DNA of 64,000 nt from Chrysomallon squamiferum (lineage: Eukaryota > Animalia > Mollusca), in contig CM022678.1 of assembly GCA_012295275.1 (NCBI GenBank), positions 12,152,001 to 12,216,000 on the forward strand. The letters are read 5' to 3'. A program made the translations under genes and the position numbers. The notes beneath the pieces are model-generated. The model saw only the letters and a list, made by a program, of their open reading frames with translations, ran no database searches and was not told where the DNA came from. Shown here one piece after another: positions 30,301-41,445 of the stretch (position 1 is its first letter; every line of letters starts with the position of its first letter).

Positions 30301-30480
30301 AAATAATCAGTACGAAAATTCTTTCTAGTATTCACTATCTTAACCTTCATGGTTTCCGGAGCTCTCCACCAAAAATCCTCATCAGTTCCTTCTATTGTAA
30401 TTTCATTGTTAGAATGCATTGGGAAAACCCTGTTTGGTTTAATATGGCGTCTTTCTAATTTGAGCTCCTCAATGAAATGA
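24735..30480. repeat. Tandem segmental duplication, unit 2 (5,746 bp)
   Basis: Junction ...cctcaatgaaatga|ttattattaaaaacta... joins the 30480-equivalent position to the 18965-equivalent position. Confidence 0.95.
27323..28468 (+). CDS. RING-HC E3 ligase with NHL/beta-propeller-like repeats, TRIM-like, copy 2 (381 aa)
   Basis: Same ORF as 21615-22760 with 4 amino-acid differences (L>F, E>G, K>R, R>C). The poly-Leu N-terminal extension in the ORF track is an intronic (TTA)n microsatellite. Confidence 0.88.
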   Translation: MAAANSTEGHISCSLCLDVFKDPRTLTCGHTFCRTCLQNHINCREHEGILQCPHCRNTIHIPDRQKPRNSYAEQFLRVPALVDAIDGFKKLQIGEKKRLKKKLKRCRQPTITEMTYIGPERASAVLQHYKTLDTRTPPYDSFHPNIKSVLVIESAKIVFSDCANCSIKMFSLQTCHLEKLLPTSGRPFGLAESRDLHLICTLPWEREIVYLNLRLNFKLTQRLKTEKEYFYISVLSNNQTVVSGGWHGCIDILDQSGQIIKSLSVDVPVWHIVINDERLVFASEGNALKCMALSGHVTQLSRDSRNLRNIRGVACDTEGFVYVCCKEGNSIVQLSSKSEIIRDVINDSRFICKPETVCCFQDKLCVAQEDGVAKIFTWCNM

Positions 30481-31553
30481 CAATTTTTCCTCGATGTGAT
30501 TATTGTCAGGATTATAAGATTAAATTTAACCTCCGTCCAGGTAAAATCAGAAAAGTTCCAGACGACTTCCGTTTGCTGCTTTTTCAGTTTAGTTAATCTA
30601 AGTTTTCTAAATTTGTTTGTTCTACCTTTATACCAGCAGCTTATTGAAACCACGTGATTGAGCGGCTTCAGCCTTAGACTTAATATGGAGCCTATTTCTG
30701 AATCAATGAGACCTTTAGATCGTCCTTTTAATTTGAAAGTGATCCTTACTTGTTTTTTCATTAAATGTTTTGTGATCATTTTCATAACAACAGATTTTGA
30801 ACGAAGAACTGCATTAGTGACGTTTTCAGGTGAAAATGTCCAGAGTAGAGGTGAAAGGAATGGGCAGTTTTCGGTATTTTCCTCTCTTCTGTTTGTAAAA
30901 TCGTTATACATTGGAAGTGTTGCCGTTAGCTTGTACTCCGCAATTTCGTCAAGGTAGACTGGTATTTTGACGTTGTCTTCCTCCGCGCATTCCGTTGGAT
31001 TACTTTTATCTGTCAATACGGCCTGCTTCTGGACATTAACATTTGGTTGGAAACTGAATAAAGGTAGATCAGATAGACAGCGAAGCTTACATTCAAATAT
31101 ATCTTTACTTTTGTAGCCGGTAACATTTAGTTCAATTGTATCGAACTCCATCCCATCAGAGTTGACAACTTGAATCTTTAACACGTGTATCCCTTCGTCC
31201 AGTGTTGTTGTTCCGATCTTTCCGCTGGAATGAATAACATTCCAGTTATCTCCCGTCCTTCGCGGAGTTCGTGTGCTGATTGATCCCATTTTGATACTGT
31301 TCAAGAAAACTGAACAGTTATCAGATCGGTCGCCGTTTGAGTAACGCAAGTCGAGAACAGTTACAGACGTTCGTTTGGTCAGACAGAAGGTGAAAGAAAT
31401 ACTTTCATTGTTTTTCAAAAGTACAGTCCTGTTCACTGAAGCGTTTGACCGAAAATGCACTGTAACGGGTACCTGTAGAGACGCAGCGTGGAAAGAGTGA
31501 ACGTCACCTGAGCAACTGTAGCATAACGTAAGAAACAGCAAAAATGTTTCCAT
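29775..31553 (-). CDS. Secreted uncharacterised protein (592 aa): signal peptide, CBM6/CBM35-like module, C-terminal domain of unknown function
   Basis: 1,779-nt uninterrupted ORF; ATG at 31553 follows a strong acceptor (ttttgttctctatcag|G ATG); hydrophobic leader METFLLFLTLCYSCSG; jelly-roll-type motif LRYSNG...TGDNW...LDEGIHVLKIQV...GMEFDTIEL. Confidence 0.85.
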   Translation of the reverse strand: METFLLFLTLCYSCSGDVHSFHAASLQVPVTVHFRSNASVNRTVLLKNNESISFTFCLTKRTSVTVLDLRYSNGDRSDNCSVFLNSIKMGSISTRTPRRTGDNWNVIHSSGKIGTTTLDEGIHVLKIQVVNSDGMEFDTIELNVTGYKSKDIFECKLRCLSDLPLFSFQPNVNVQKQAVLTDKSNPTECAEEDNVKIPVYLDEIAEYKLTATLPMYNDFTNRREENTENCPFLSPLLWTFSPENVTNAVLRSKSVVMKMITKHLMKKQVRITFKLKGRSKGLIDSEIGSILSLRLKPLNHVVSISCWYKGRTNKFRKLRLTKLKKQQTEVVWNFSDFTWTEVKFNLIILTIITSRKNCHFIEELKLERRHIKPNRVFPMHSNNEITIEGTDEDFWWRAPETMKVKIVNTRKNFRTDYFKIALSVPWAKGFSEIFVLYQDGNVRLLPLAPPGLDWIPFGTSVVVGTSDPNLVRPSAPIDQVDIDVEKRELKILYRNGEKAKLTLISKVDRTELVVSELIFKQSSKGFPFATFRSMYVDEGNTDSDSIMVDSSSVYGVMENLNGVPGKTFTLFRRCESKHLTLSPDIRLELLRT

Positions 31554-31809
31554 CCTGATAGAGAACAAAACTTTCTAAATTCTGATTCAGAAGAATTCTG
31601 TAATTTCTCAGCTTTTTAAATCTGACAAATTAATCTAACAAACTGTTGTGCTTTCCTTCAGAAATATTTGATAACAGCAGTGAAAAAGGCGTTCTTTTAG
31701 AACAGTATGCTACCGCTGTCCGATTCAGACGACTTAATACCAGCTGACAGCAGTAAGCTTATTTTACATTTTTAAATAATTGTGGGGGTTTTTTAATTTT
31801 TTTTTGTTT

Positions 31810-31844
<35 letters not shown>

Positions 31845-32494
31845 TTGTTTTTTTAACGTTTGAATAGATTTATGAAATATGAGATCCATTCTAATTAAAA
31901 TGTTACATATTTAACAATAAATAAAGAAACTTCACTTTGCGTCTCAAGGCTTTTTGAAACCTAATACAGTTTGAAACTTTTGTTATCTGACATTTTTAAC
32001 ATTCATTGATTTAATTTATAATTTTTATTTTTTTTTAATTTTAATTTTTTTATTATTTTAATTTTTTTATTATTTTTTTATGATGAATATTTGATTTTGA
32101 TATATTGTTATTTTGAAATAAAAGAAAATTTATTTTTCGTTTGTAATAATTTATTGTCATTTCCATTAAATCATTTTTAATAATTCACAGTGCATATGTC
32201 TTATTTTTATTTTATTAACACAATGTATTGATCATACAGTTTTTTCATATAGCTATGTCGCGATCAATGCAATCTTTTATCAACGTCTACAGTTTACTGA
32301 TCAGTGGGCATTCTAACAACAGCCTCTAACATTAGCAGTATGGTCTTTCTATACCTGAATCAAAAACACTGAGAAATGCAGCTTCACGCGTCAGTAGTGA
32401 AAGGGGACGTAATTCGATATTACTTTCAGTCAGCTGATACAGTAATAACGATTTTATTGTTTCAGAATAACTGAATTAGTTTAATCAAGTAATT

Positions 32495-32503
<9 letters not shown>

Positions 32504-32581
<78 letters not shown>
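32504..32581. repeat. (GA)n microsatellite
   Basis: Uninterrupted run of GA dinucleotides; one of many (CA)n, (GA)n, (TAA)n and (TAAA)n tracts in the window. Confidence 0.95.
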
Positions 32582-32582
<1 letters not shown>

Positions 32583-32786
32583 AGCGCTGAATTTGTAAAA
32601 GGTTCTTAGGCAGATATGAAAATATCGGTTTATTATGATTATTATTATTATTATGTTGTTGTTGTTGAGGGGTTTATTATGGAGACTATTTACTTTTTGT
32701 TGAGTATCATTATTACGGCTGAAAGTCCAGAGAGAGACCTCGGTTTAATGACCCGTTATGTACATCTTTTAGCACGACAGCAGATA

Positions 32787-32817
<31 letters not shown>

Positions 32818-33516
32818 GGTTTGTTTTTCACTGTATATTTATTTTCGTTTTTACTGATTAGTGACTGATTCATTATCGACTTATACCGAGGTGACACTGT
32901 AATACTAGATTACATGTAATTTTCATTTCTTATTATTCTTTTTAACTGAATGACTTATTTCTATTGTTTATTGATTACTGAGTGATATATTGTATATTAA
33001 CAACATGTATCGAGGTAACACCGTAAGGGAGGGCCCAAAGTGGTTTTTCAGGTTTTAAAATATATATATATATATATATGTTTTGTTGTTGTTGTTGTTT
33101 TGTTGTTTTTAGATTTCTGTCAAAGTATAGAACAATGTAGCACACGCCTGCCAGTGTCTCTGTTGCACGCTATCATGTTATAGTCCATGTGAACCGTGTG
33201 TAATTTTTCGATAATGACTTTTCTTAATGTTTTTGTGTCTTTTTTGCCATGGACCCCCACCCTGATCAGAAAAACTGGATCCGCCACAGATTTGTGAATT
33301 ATTTATTACACATTTACGATGCATATACGGAGTCTCTTTCAGATGTCACGACTTGTGACGTCAATTGCTTATAAATATAAATTTGACCTTCGACATAAAA
33401 TACCATAATTTCACAGTGAATTAAATTGAAAAGTAATTACGAAAAAAAAAAAAAAATCAAAGGATTACAACATAATGTTGTAAACAACCAAAAAAATTTG
33501 AAATAATAATAGAAAT

Positions 33517-33551
<35 letters not shown>

Positions 33552-34242
33552 ACTTATCGAGAAAAAAAAAAATAAAAAATTTATTTTTCTTCGACGTGAC
33601 GAAATCTACACAATTTAAATATGTTGAATCTAGTTTCGTTATCACTCAATAATCACAATATAACTAATTGCGTTAGTATTCCATATTTCGACTAATAACG
33701 TAAAATAAATTCAATTTATGCATGGATGAATATCTGTATGTGTATGCATGTATGTATTTGTTAGACCGAATTGAAATGATCTGTCATAACATTAAAGAAT
33801 GAATGCGCTCACAAGGAAAGTTTGTTTTAAAAAAATTATCATAGAAGAAAAATAATAAGCTTCAACTGACTTTTCCATTGGAAATGTAATATATTAACAT
33901 TTAAAATGTTTAAGTTATCATTTTATTTCATTTAATAATTACATGTGTTATTTATAATCACTGCCTCTCGCAAGAAACTGTTCATGGAAAAGGTGCGCGC
34001 ACTGACAGTTGGGTGGATTTGGCACGTTTATGGGCGGCTGTTGTGTGATTAGTTTGTAGTATGGTTGGCCAGACAGACGGCAAACGACTGTAATACTACC
34101 GTTTTCAAAGTGAACGATGACTTGCAGTTTACACTCGAATTCCAATTAGGATCGGTACACGCAATCAAATATTTAATTTTTAACATGCGTAAAGTACCGG
34201 TCTTAGGGATCGTGTCAAAAGGTTTTATACAATTCAAATGCA

Positions 34243-34299
<57 letters not shown>

Positions 34300-35248
34300 T
34301 GGTTTCTATTACTTTGGCGAGAAAGATGTACCTACCTTTTCCTTTTACAGTTGTGAAATTTAGTATATATAACGTGTTATGTACTGAAATGCTACCATTT
34401 CGAGATTACAGTTATTTTGATGAGCCTTCAGCAGAAAAGAACATTTAATTTATTTTTTATTATTATTATTTTATGTTATTTGTGCATATCTTGACGGAAC
34501 AATATATGCACAGTATTAGGAAAACATTAGTTCAAACGACATGGTGTGAATGAAAAACGTAGTGGTACAAAATGAGATACCTTTACATAATAATGACATT
34601 TTAAAACGACAAATTTTCAATCGACTTTAATTTGTCAAATTTTTAATACGACAGTGATATATTGCAAATATAACTAACAATTTGCTGACTGGAAAACATA
34701 TCGTGATCGTTTAACAATAATTAACTTTTTAATTTTTATTGTTATTTTTTCTTCTGTTAATAACATCTGTACAAATAATAAATATTTTAGGTAATATTTA
34801 ATTTTATATGTATAAGACAATAATGATAAGAACTGCTGTCAGTTGTCATCGTATTGAAGGAGAAACTTTGCTGTTAATGAAGAATATGATACAACCCCGG
34901 TTTACGAAATGTTATCACTTTCTGTCGAGTCATGATACGGCTTTTACCAGATATCCAACAAAAAAACGACTTGCTACACAACTATTGCATTACAACTTCC
35001 CCGTTATATGATAGACGTTTTAATGTTTGAACATTTTTATCTTTCAACCACTGTCTTACTCATTTATCATTTGATATTTCAATTTGGATGTCATTGAAAA
35101 TTATTCCCTGGTGTTTTTGTTATTTTTTCCATCAAACAACAGTTCACTGAATACAACATGGAACTGATTTTATTACGAACTATTTGTTTGTGTGTGTGTG
35201 TGTGCGTGTGTGTGTGTTTGTGTAATTTGTTGTTGTTGTTGTTGTTGA

Positions 35249-35291
<43 letters not shown>

Positions 35292-36262
35292 ATAGTGAAC
35301 ATCGCGCCAGTGAATTTAAACTGAAAATATTCTATTTTGATCTGATAATAACAATAATGCTAATTTGTGAATTTGATGTCTTTATGGTACAATAGGTGAA
35401 ATATGCTGAGCTGAAAATGAGTGACATGTAGGAAATATACAACATTAATTATTCACTAGGTAGAGACACACACACATTAAACGGAAATTCAGCCTGGCTA
35501 ATAATGTTATTCTCGTAAAGAGTATTAATTCAACGAAAGTGGAAATATTTATTGGCACACACACACACACACACACACATATGAATACATAGATAAATAT
35601 ATGGATAGACAGAGATAATAATGAAGATAGATAAGCAGACAAACCGAAAGATAGATAGATAGTCAGACAGAGAGACAGATAGATAGATGGACTGATAAAA
35701 TAAATGAAAAAAAGAAGAAAAATTCCAAAACGATCATAAAATTTTCTTATAAACCTTTTTTTCATGATATCACTAGACGGGAGTGTTGTTTTAACCGTTG
35801 TAATATTTCGGTGAGATTCTTTATTTAAAAAAAAGAAGAAACAAAGTAAAAAGTGAGTGACCGATAGAAAAGCAACATCAAAATATATATTTCCGTCTGC
35901 TGCACTATTAAATCAGAAAAAAAAACCTGAAATTTCTATTTTGAAAGTGATTTACCTTTTGCTATTTTATTTAATTATTTATATTTTGATATACCTGCAG
36001 TGGATGTAAAATGTATTAAAATTCAATTAAGATAAAACATAATGAGTTGTTTTACAATTAGTATTATAAATGCAGTAGATATTTTTAGAAAACCAGTGGA
36101 TTTCCTACAGACGACATAGCGCATTACAGCTGAAAATTAGGTTTATTCGAGAAGACGAAAAAACATCGGAATAAATATGCAAACGCCTGTGATAAGCGTT
36201 GACGACATGGTTGAGTAACGTGCTTTTTTAGGTTATGTCAACAATCAGATAAAATACACACT

Positions 36263-36297
36263 ATGACGCTGCAAATTTAGACAACATCTCTATAAAT
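36263..36297 (+). promoter_or_regulatory. Antioxidant response element (ARE)-like motif plus TATA box upstream of GCLC
   Basis: ATGACGCTGCA (36263-36273) fits RTGACnnnGCA; TATAAAT at 36291-36297; ATG at 36346. Confidence 0.55.
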
Positions 36298-36345
36298 ATT
36301 GCTCATCGTAGACGTTGCCGATTTGTAATTTTTGACTTCGACGAT

Positions 36346-38923
36346 ATGGGTTTACTTACTGAAGGAACGCCATTTACGTGGGAAGAAACGAAAGCACACG
36401 CGGACCATGTTAGAAAACATGGAATTCGACAGTTCATCAATCAGTATAAAAAACTACGTGAAAGAACAAGAGATATTTTATACTGGGGTGACGAGGTAAG
36501 ATCATTTTTAGTATTTTTCAGTGAAGAGTTTCAAAGGAAATTGCAAATATAGCTTAGTTTTGTTAAAACGTGACAAATAATATAAAAATTATAGGACATC
36601 TGCAGACATCCGGGTTCTGATCTGTCAGAATGGTCCGAGTTAAACGTTTTATTTTTATTTTTATTTTTTAAATTGTTTTGGCTTTTTTTCTGCTATGGCT
36701 ATTTCTAATAATGTTCGTTAATTAAAAATAACTAACTAACTAAATAAATAAATTAACAAAGACTATATACTATATATTTTTATATCACTCTACATACATA
36801 CATACATATTAAAATGAAAAGTAATAACTTTTTGATGATATATGGTTATTATATGCAAAATCAGTTGTAATTACAGGTGTAATAATGTTTGTTTTACTTA
36901 AAAAAAGGAAAGATGAAAAGATAACACTGATTTAGTGATTATATATATTAAAATAAAAATAAATATAGCAATAATAACTGCTAAATAAATACCTTGTTAT
37001 TAATTAATTATATCATTTACATTTTGACCAACTGTTAATTAGTAATTATTACAGATGGGCTTTTGGATTGGAACTACATTATATATATAGATAGATAAAT
37101 AGATAGATCAATATAAATTATGATTTTTCCCACCTATCAGTGGCCTTGACATACATTTCTTTTACTTTTTTCTCAGTTTGATAATTAATAGTACATCTGA
37201 ATTTTATTTAAAGATTACTTATCTTTAAACCTATTAGAAATGCAAATTCAGAATCTTCATGCAGTCCAACTGAAAGTATGGAAATATGATACTTCATGCT
37301 TATTACTATTATTACATTATTATTCGTAAGTGAAATTTAAGAGTGCTTATAAATAACTGAGTAAATTATACTGAACTCATAACAAACTTTAAAAAAAAAA
37401 ATTATTATTAAGATAAAAAAAAAAAAAATAAAAAAATAAATAAAAAATAAGACAATTAATAATGAATATAATTAAATAGGAAATGATTTAAAAAGAAGAA
37501 GAAGAAGAAAAAGGAATAATTGGAATTTTGTGTTTCTGGATAATAAAAAGGGTAAACAGTGACAACATTTGACCATGTTTCTCATGGCTGTTTTCCCAGC
37601 TCATGTCAGTGATAATTTACAGTTTGTTAATGACTTGTTTACTGTAAATTTCCTTTTGGGTCAGAGAAGCGAGATAATTGCGAGCTACCCTTTCAGATAT
37701 TTATACCTGCAGCAACCCAGGTGTGCTAGGAACTAAATAGGGTGTCATGTGACTTCAGGTGTTTTAATTAGTGAACCTTGACCATGAGAATTAGTTTGTG
37801 AACAAGCACGGTCATCTCGAGATAAATAAAAGTAACTTGTAAATATTTATTTTTATAATTTATAATGGGGAAAACACATACATTGATTTTTGCCAAAAGA
37901 AATTTATAAAATAAAGTTGATGTTTATAAAAATCATATAAATGAAGGAATAAACTTATTTTTTTATTTTTTTATTTATTAAACATTTTAAAAATTATTTT
38001 AGAAATATATATAAAATATACCAAAACAGTAACCATTAGTACACATAAAGAGCTATATAATGTAATAAAATGGAAGAACAATATACAGATATAAAAACAA
38101 TTTAAAAAATGTCAAAGTATATGCAAAGAAAAATGCAGACTAAGTTGGGTTAGGTTTTTAAATTTTATTTTTTTAATATATGTGTGTTCATGTGTGTGTG
38201 TTTGTATATTATATTAATATTTTATTGTCATAAAGAATGATAAGCCAAAAATATCCCAATAATTATTAATAAAATGTTGATAATGTTTATGTTTTGCAGG
38301 TGGAATACCAGTTGATAAAGTTTGACCATAAGAATAAGAGAGCCACTCTAGCATTAAAAACACAATATGTCCTTTCTGAACTGATGAAAAAGGAAAAGGA
38401 ATGCCCAGAGTAAGTCTACCACCAAGTTTTATTGTAAAATAATTGTTTTCTGAATGAATCTTGAGTAAATATACCACCACCACTTACTAAATAATATTAT
38501 GTAATCGTAAATCTACCATCATAGGCCTATTATACAGTAATCTGAATTAATCTTGAGTAAGTCTACTAAAAGGAATTAAAGATATATAATAATTCTACCA
38601 TCATGTTTTATTGCAAAATAAAAGCTTTCTGAATTAATTATGAGTAAGTCTACTGCCACAAGTTATTATAAAAAGATTTTTATATAATATAATTTCTAAC
38701 TGTAAAATAATAGTATTGTAATTTATCCTGAATAAAACACTAAAACTATTCCTTAAATAAGTTTTAGTAAGACTATACCACCCACTTCTTATTAATGTTT
38801 TTAACTCAGTAATATTATTCTTAATTAAACCCTAGTAGGAATATTACTATCACCTGTTATAAAAAACATGACAATATTCTTAAATAATCCACACTAAGTT
38901 TATTTCCGTATCCTCTGTTCTTC

Positions 38924-38975
<52 letters not shown>

Positions 38976-41405
38976 AATATATAGATATAGATGTATATCA
39001 GATATACATATGTGTGTGTGTGTGTGTGTGGACTGTTAAAACCGGATTTACTTGAGACCAACTAGACATGGCGTTTTAGACAAAGGTCAAACTGAGATGA
39101 AATTGGTATATGTTTTATTACAAATGTTATCAAATGTCTATCAAATGTCAGCTCAGAGATAGTCTATCACAGATGACTGCATTTTTTTTCATGTTTCTTT
39201 TCAAAGCAAACCCCACTGTCATGGCCTTCATTTGTAACACTGGTTGCAAAACTCTGCTTTTGGTAGTAGTATCAGCAAGAGATTTAATTTCTTTTACTAT
39301 TTTAAAAACATCATTGTACAAAATATAGTCAGTGTGCTTCAAATTTTTGACTTGCTGGTCTTCAGTTTCTCTCTGCTGAACTGTAGAGTTGCCAGTAATA
39401 GCAGAGGTCTCGGTACATACTGTAAATGAAACAGACACTTTGATTTTATTTAATTGCTGGTAAAATAAACTTGTTAATATTCAATGCATTTGGTGCAGTT
39501 ATTTATTGGAGTGTTTTTGACAAACAAGTAATTTGAACATTGTTCAAAGTACTTGTACGCTGAAACGTTTCTGTACCATCCCTTACCTTGCCCCAGTTAA
39601 GCTGATACCTGCCATCTCTTTCACAAATGCTGGGGAGAGCACTGAATGGTCACTAAGTTTTAAACTGCATGGTGAAATCTTTTCCTTTCCACAGTGGATT
39701 TTATGAAAGCTCTTCTGTTAGGAAAAGTTGATGCAATTCTTAGGTCACTGACATTACAACAAATTTAGTAAGTCAGTGCAAATAGGGCAACATACATGTT
39801 TATGAAACTTCTACTTTTGACAATAAATGAGTGAATTCACTTAGATACACTAATATAAATCTTGTTCATCTAGCTGCATGTAATAATTACAAGAAGCATT
39901 GTTTATTAAACCTTTAAAAAATAAAATCTATATATATTCATATTTGATTGTGACGAGTCTCCAACTATTTTGTTAACAGAACTGACCAAGCCCATTGTTT
40001 CTTTGTACATAATTTGACATCATCAGAGAATGCAGACAGAGCTGATTGGATCTAAGTATATTTTAAAACAGAAGTTTATCACTATAACATAAATTATTCT
40101 AATCAAAGGCCAAACCTCGGAGATAATTAATATTAGATGCATTTATCTCTGATTATACAGTCTAACTAATTCCCTGGCAAACATACACATGATGATGATG
40201 AGGCATTTTTGAAAGGTTTCCAGAGAATGTTTATAATCAACAGTTACTCAGCTTTAACACCATGTCTTATATTGCTAATTATTTTCCAGTGATCATCCAA
40301 CAACATGGAGACCTGAGTATGCAGAGTACATGGTGGAGGGCACGCCCGGGAGTCCATACGGTGGGCTTATGGCTAATTTCAATGTCGTGGAGGCCAACAT
40401 GAAACTGAGGTAAACTGGATTTTTTAAATTCATATTTCTGTATATTAGTAATAATAATACTTGCACACATCCTTTTTGTATTGCTTTTTATCTCTGTGTA
40501 TTATTTGTCTTTCTGTAAATGAAATATAATAATCAGTGCATTGTTATTTATTAACAAAGTCTAGTAAAAAGAACATAAAAAAAAGATTAAAGAATTATTA
40601 AAATACTTTATTAAGTTTTAAAATCAGTGCCAGCTGGCTTCTTGTTTGTCACCATTTGATGACTGAATCATAAATATTTATTGTTATTTATCTCTTTATA
40701 AATGAATTATAATAACTGCATTGTTATTTATTTCTGTATTGTTATTTACGTCTCCTTAAATAAAATAATAAATTTTCATTGTATATTTATTTATTTATTT
40801 ATTTCTGTAAATCGATTAAACTAACCACTAGTAAAATAATTTTCTTTGATGATTATAATAAACAACTTTTAGAACTCCAGTCACCAAGGATAAAGCAGTA
40901 TTCAGTATTTGTTTAAGTTCAGATCACAGGAATATTTTTAATTTACTTTTTTTTATTTAATTATTTTATACTTCATCTTGAAAAAGAAACTTTGATGATT
41001 TATTATGTTCAGTAAATATTTATGATTCAGTCATCAAATGGATGTGACAAACACGAAACCAGCTGGAATTGATTTTAAAACTTAATAAAGTATTTTAATA
41101 ATTCTTTAATCTTTTTTTATGTTCTTTTTACTAGACTTTGTTAATAAAAAAAAACTCAACAATAACAAACAATAAAATTAATACTGTAATAATAAAAACC
41201 CCAAAAAAACAGTAACAAAGACTAACAAAATTAGTACTTCAGTAATAATTAAAAAAACAAAAACAAAACCACTAATAAAATGTAATCTTATGTTATGCTT
41301 GGAATGATGTGTTTTTGGTACCACAGAACAGAAGTTAATAAAAGTTTCAAATTTCAAACTGAGTCAGTATAACTGAAAAATATGCTTAGTGTGTTGTTAG
41401 TAATT

Positions 41406-41445
<40 letters not shown>

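Noticed and set aside
39110-39438. Cluster of short ORFs in GCLC intron 2 (e.g. 96 aa on the minus strand)
   Set aside because: No recognisable domain or convincing splice context; a TE fragment cannot be excluded.
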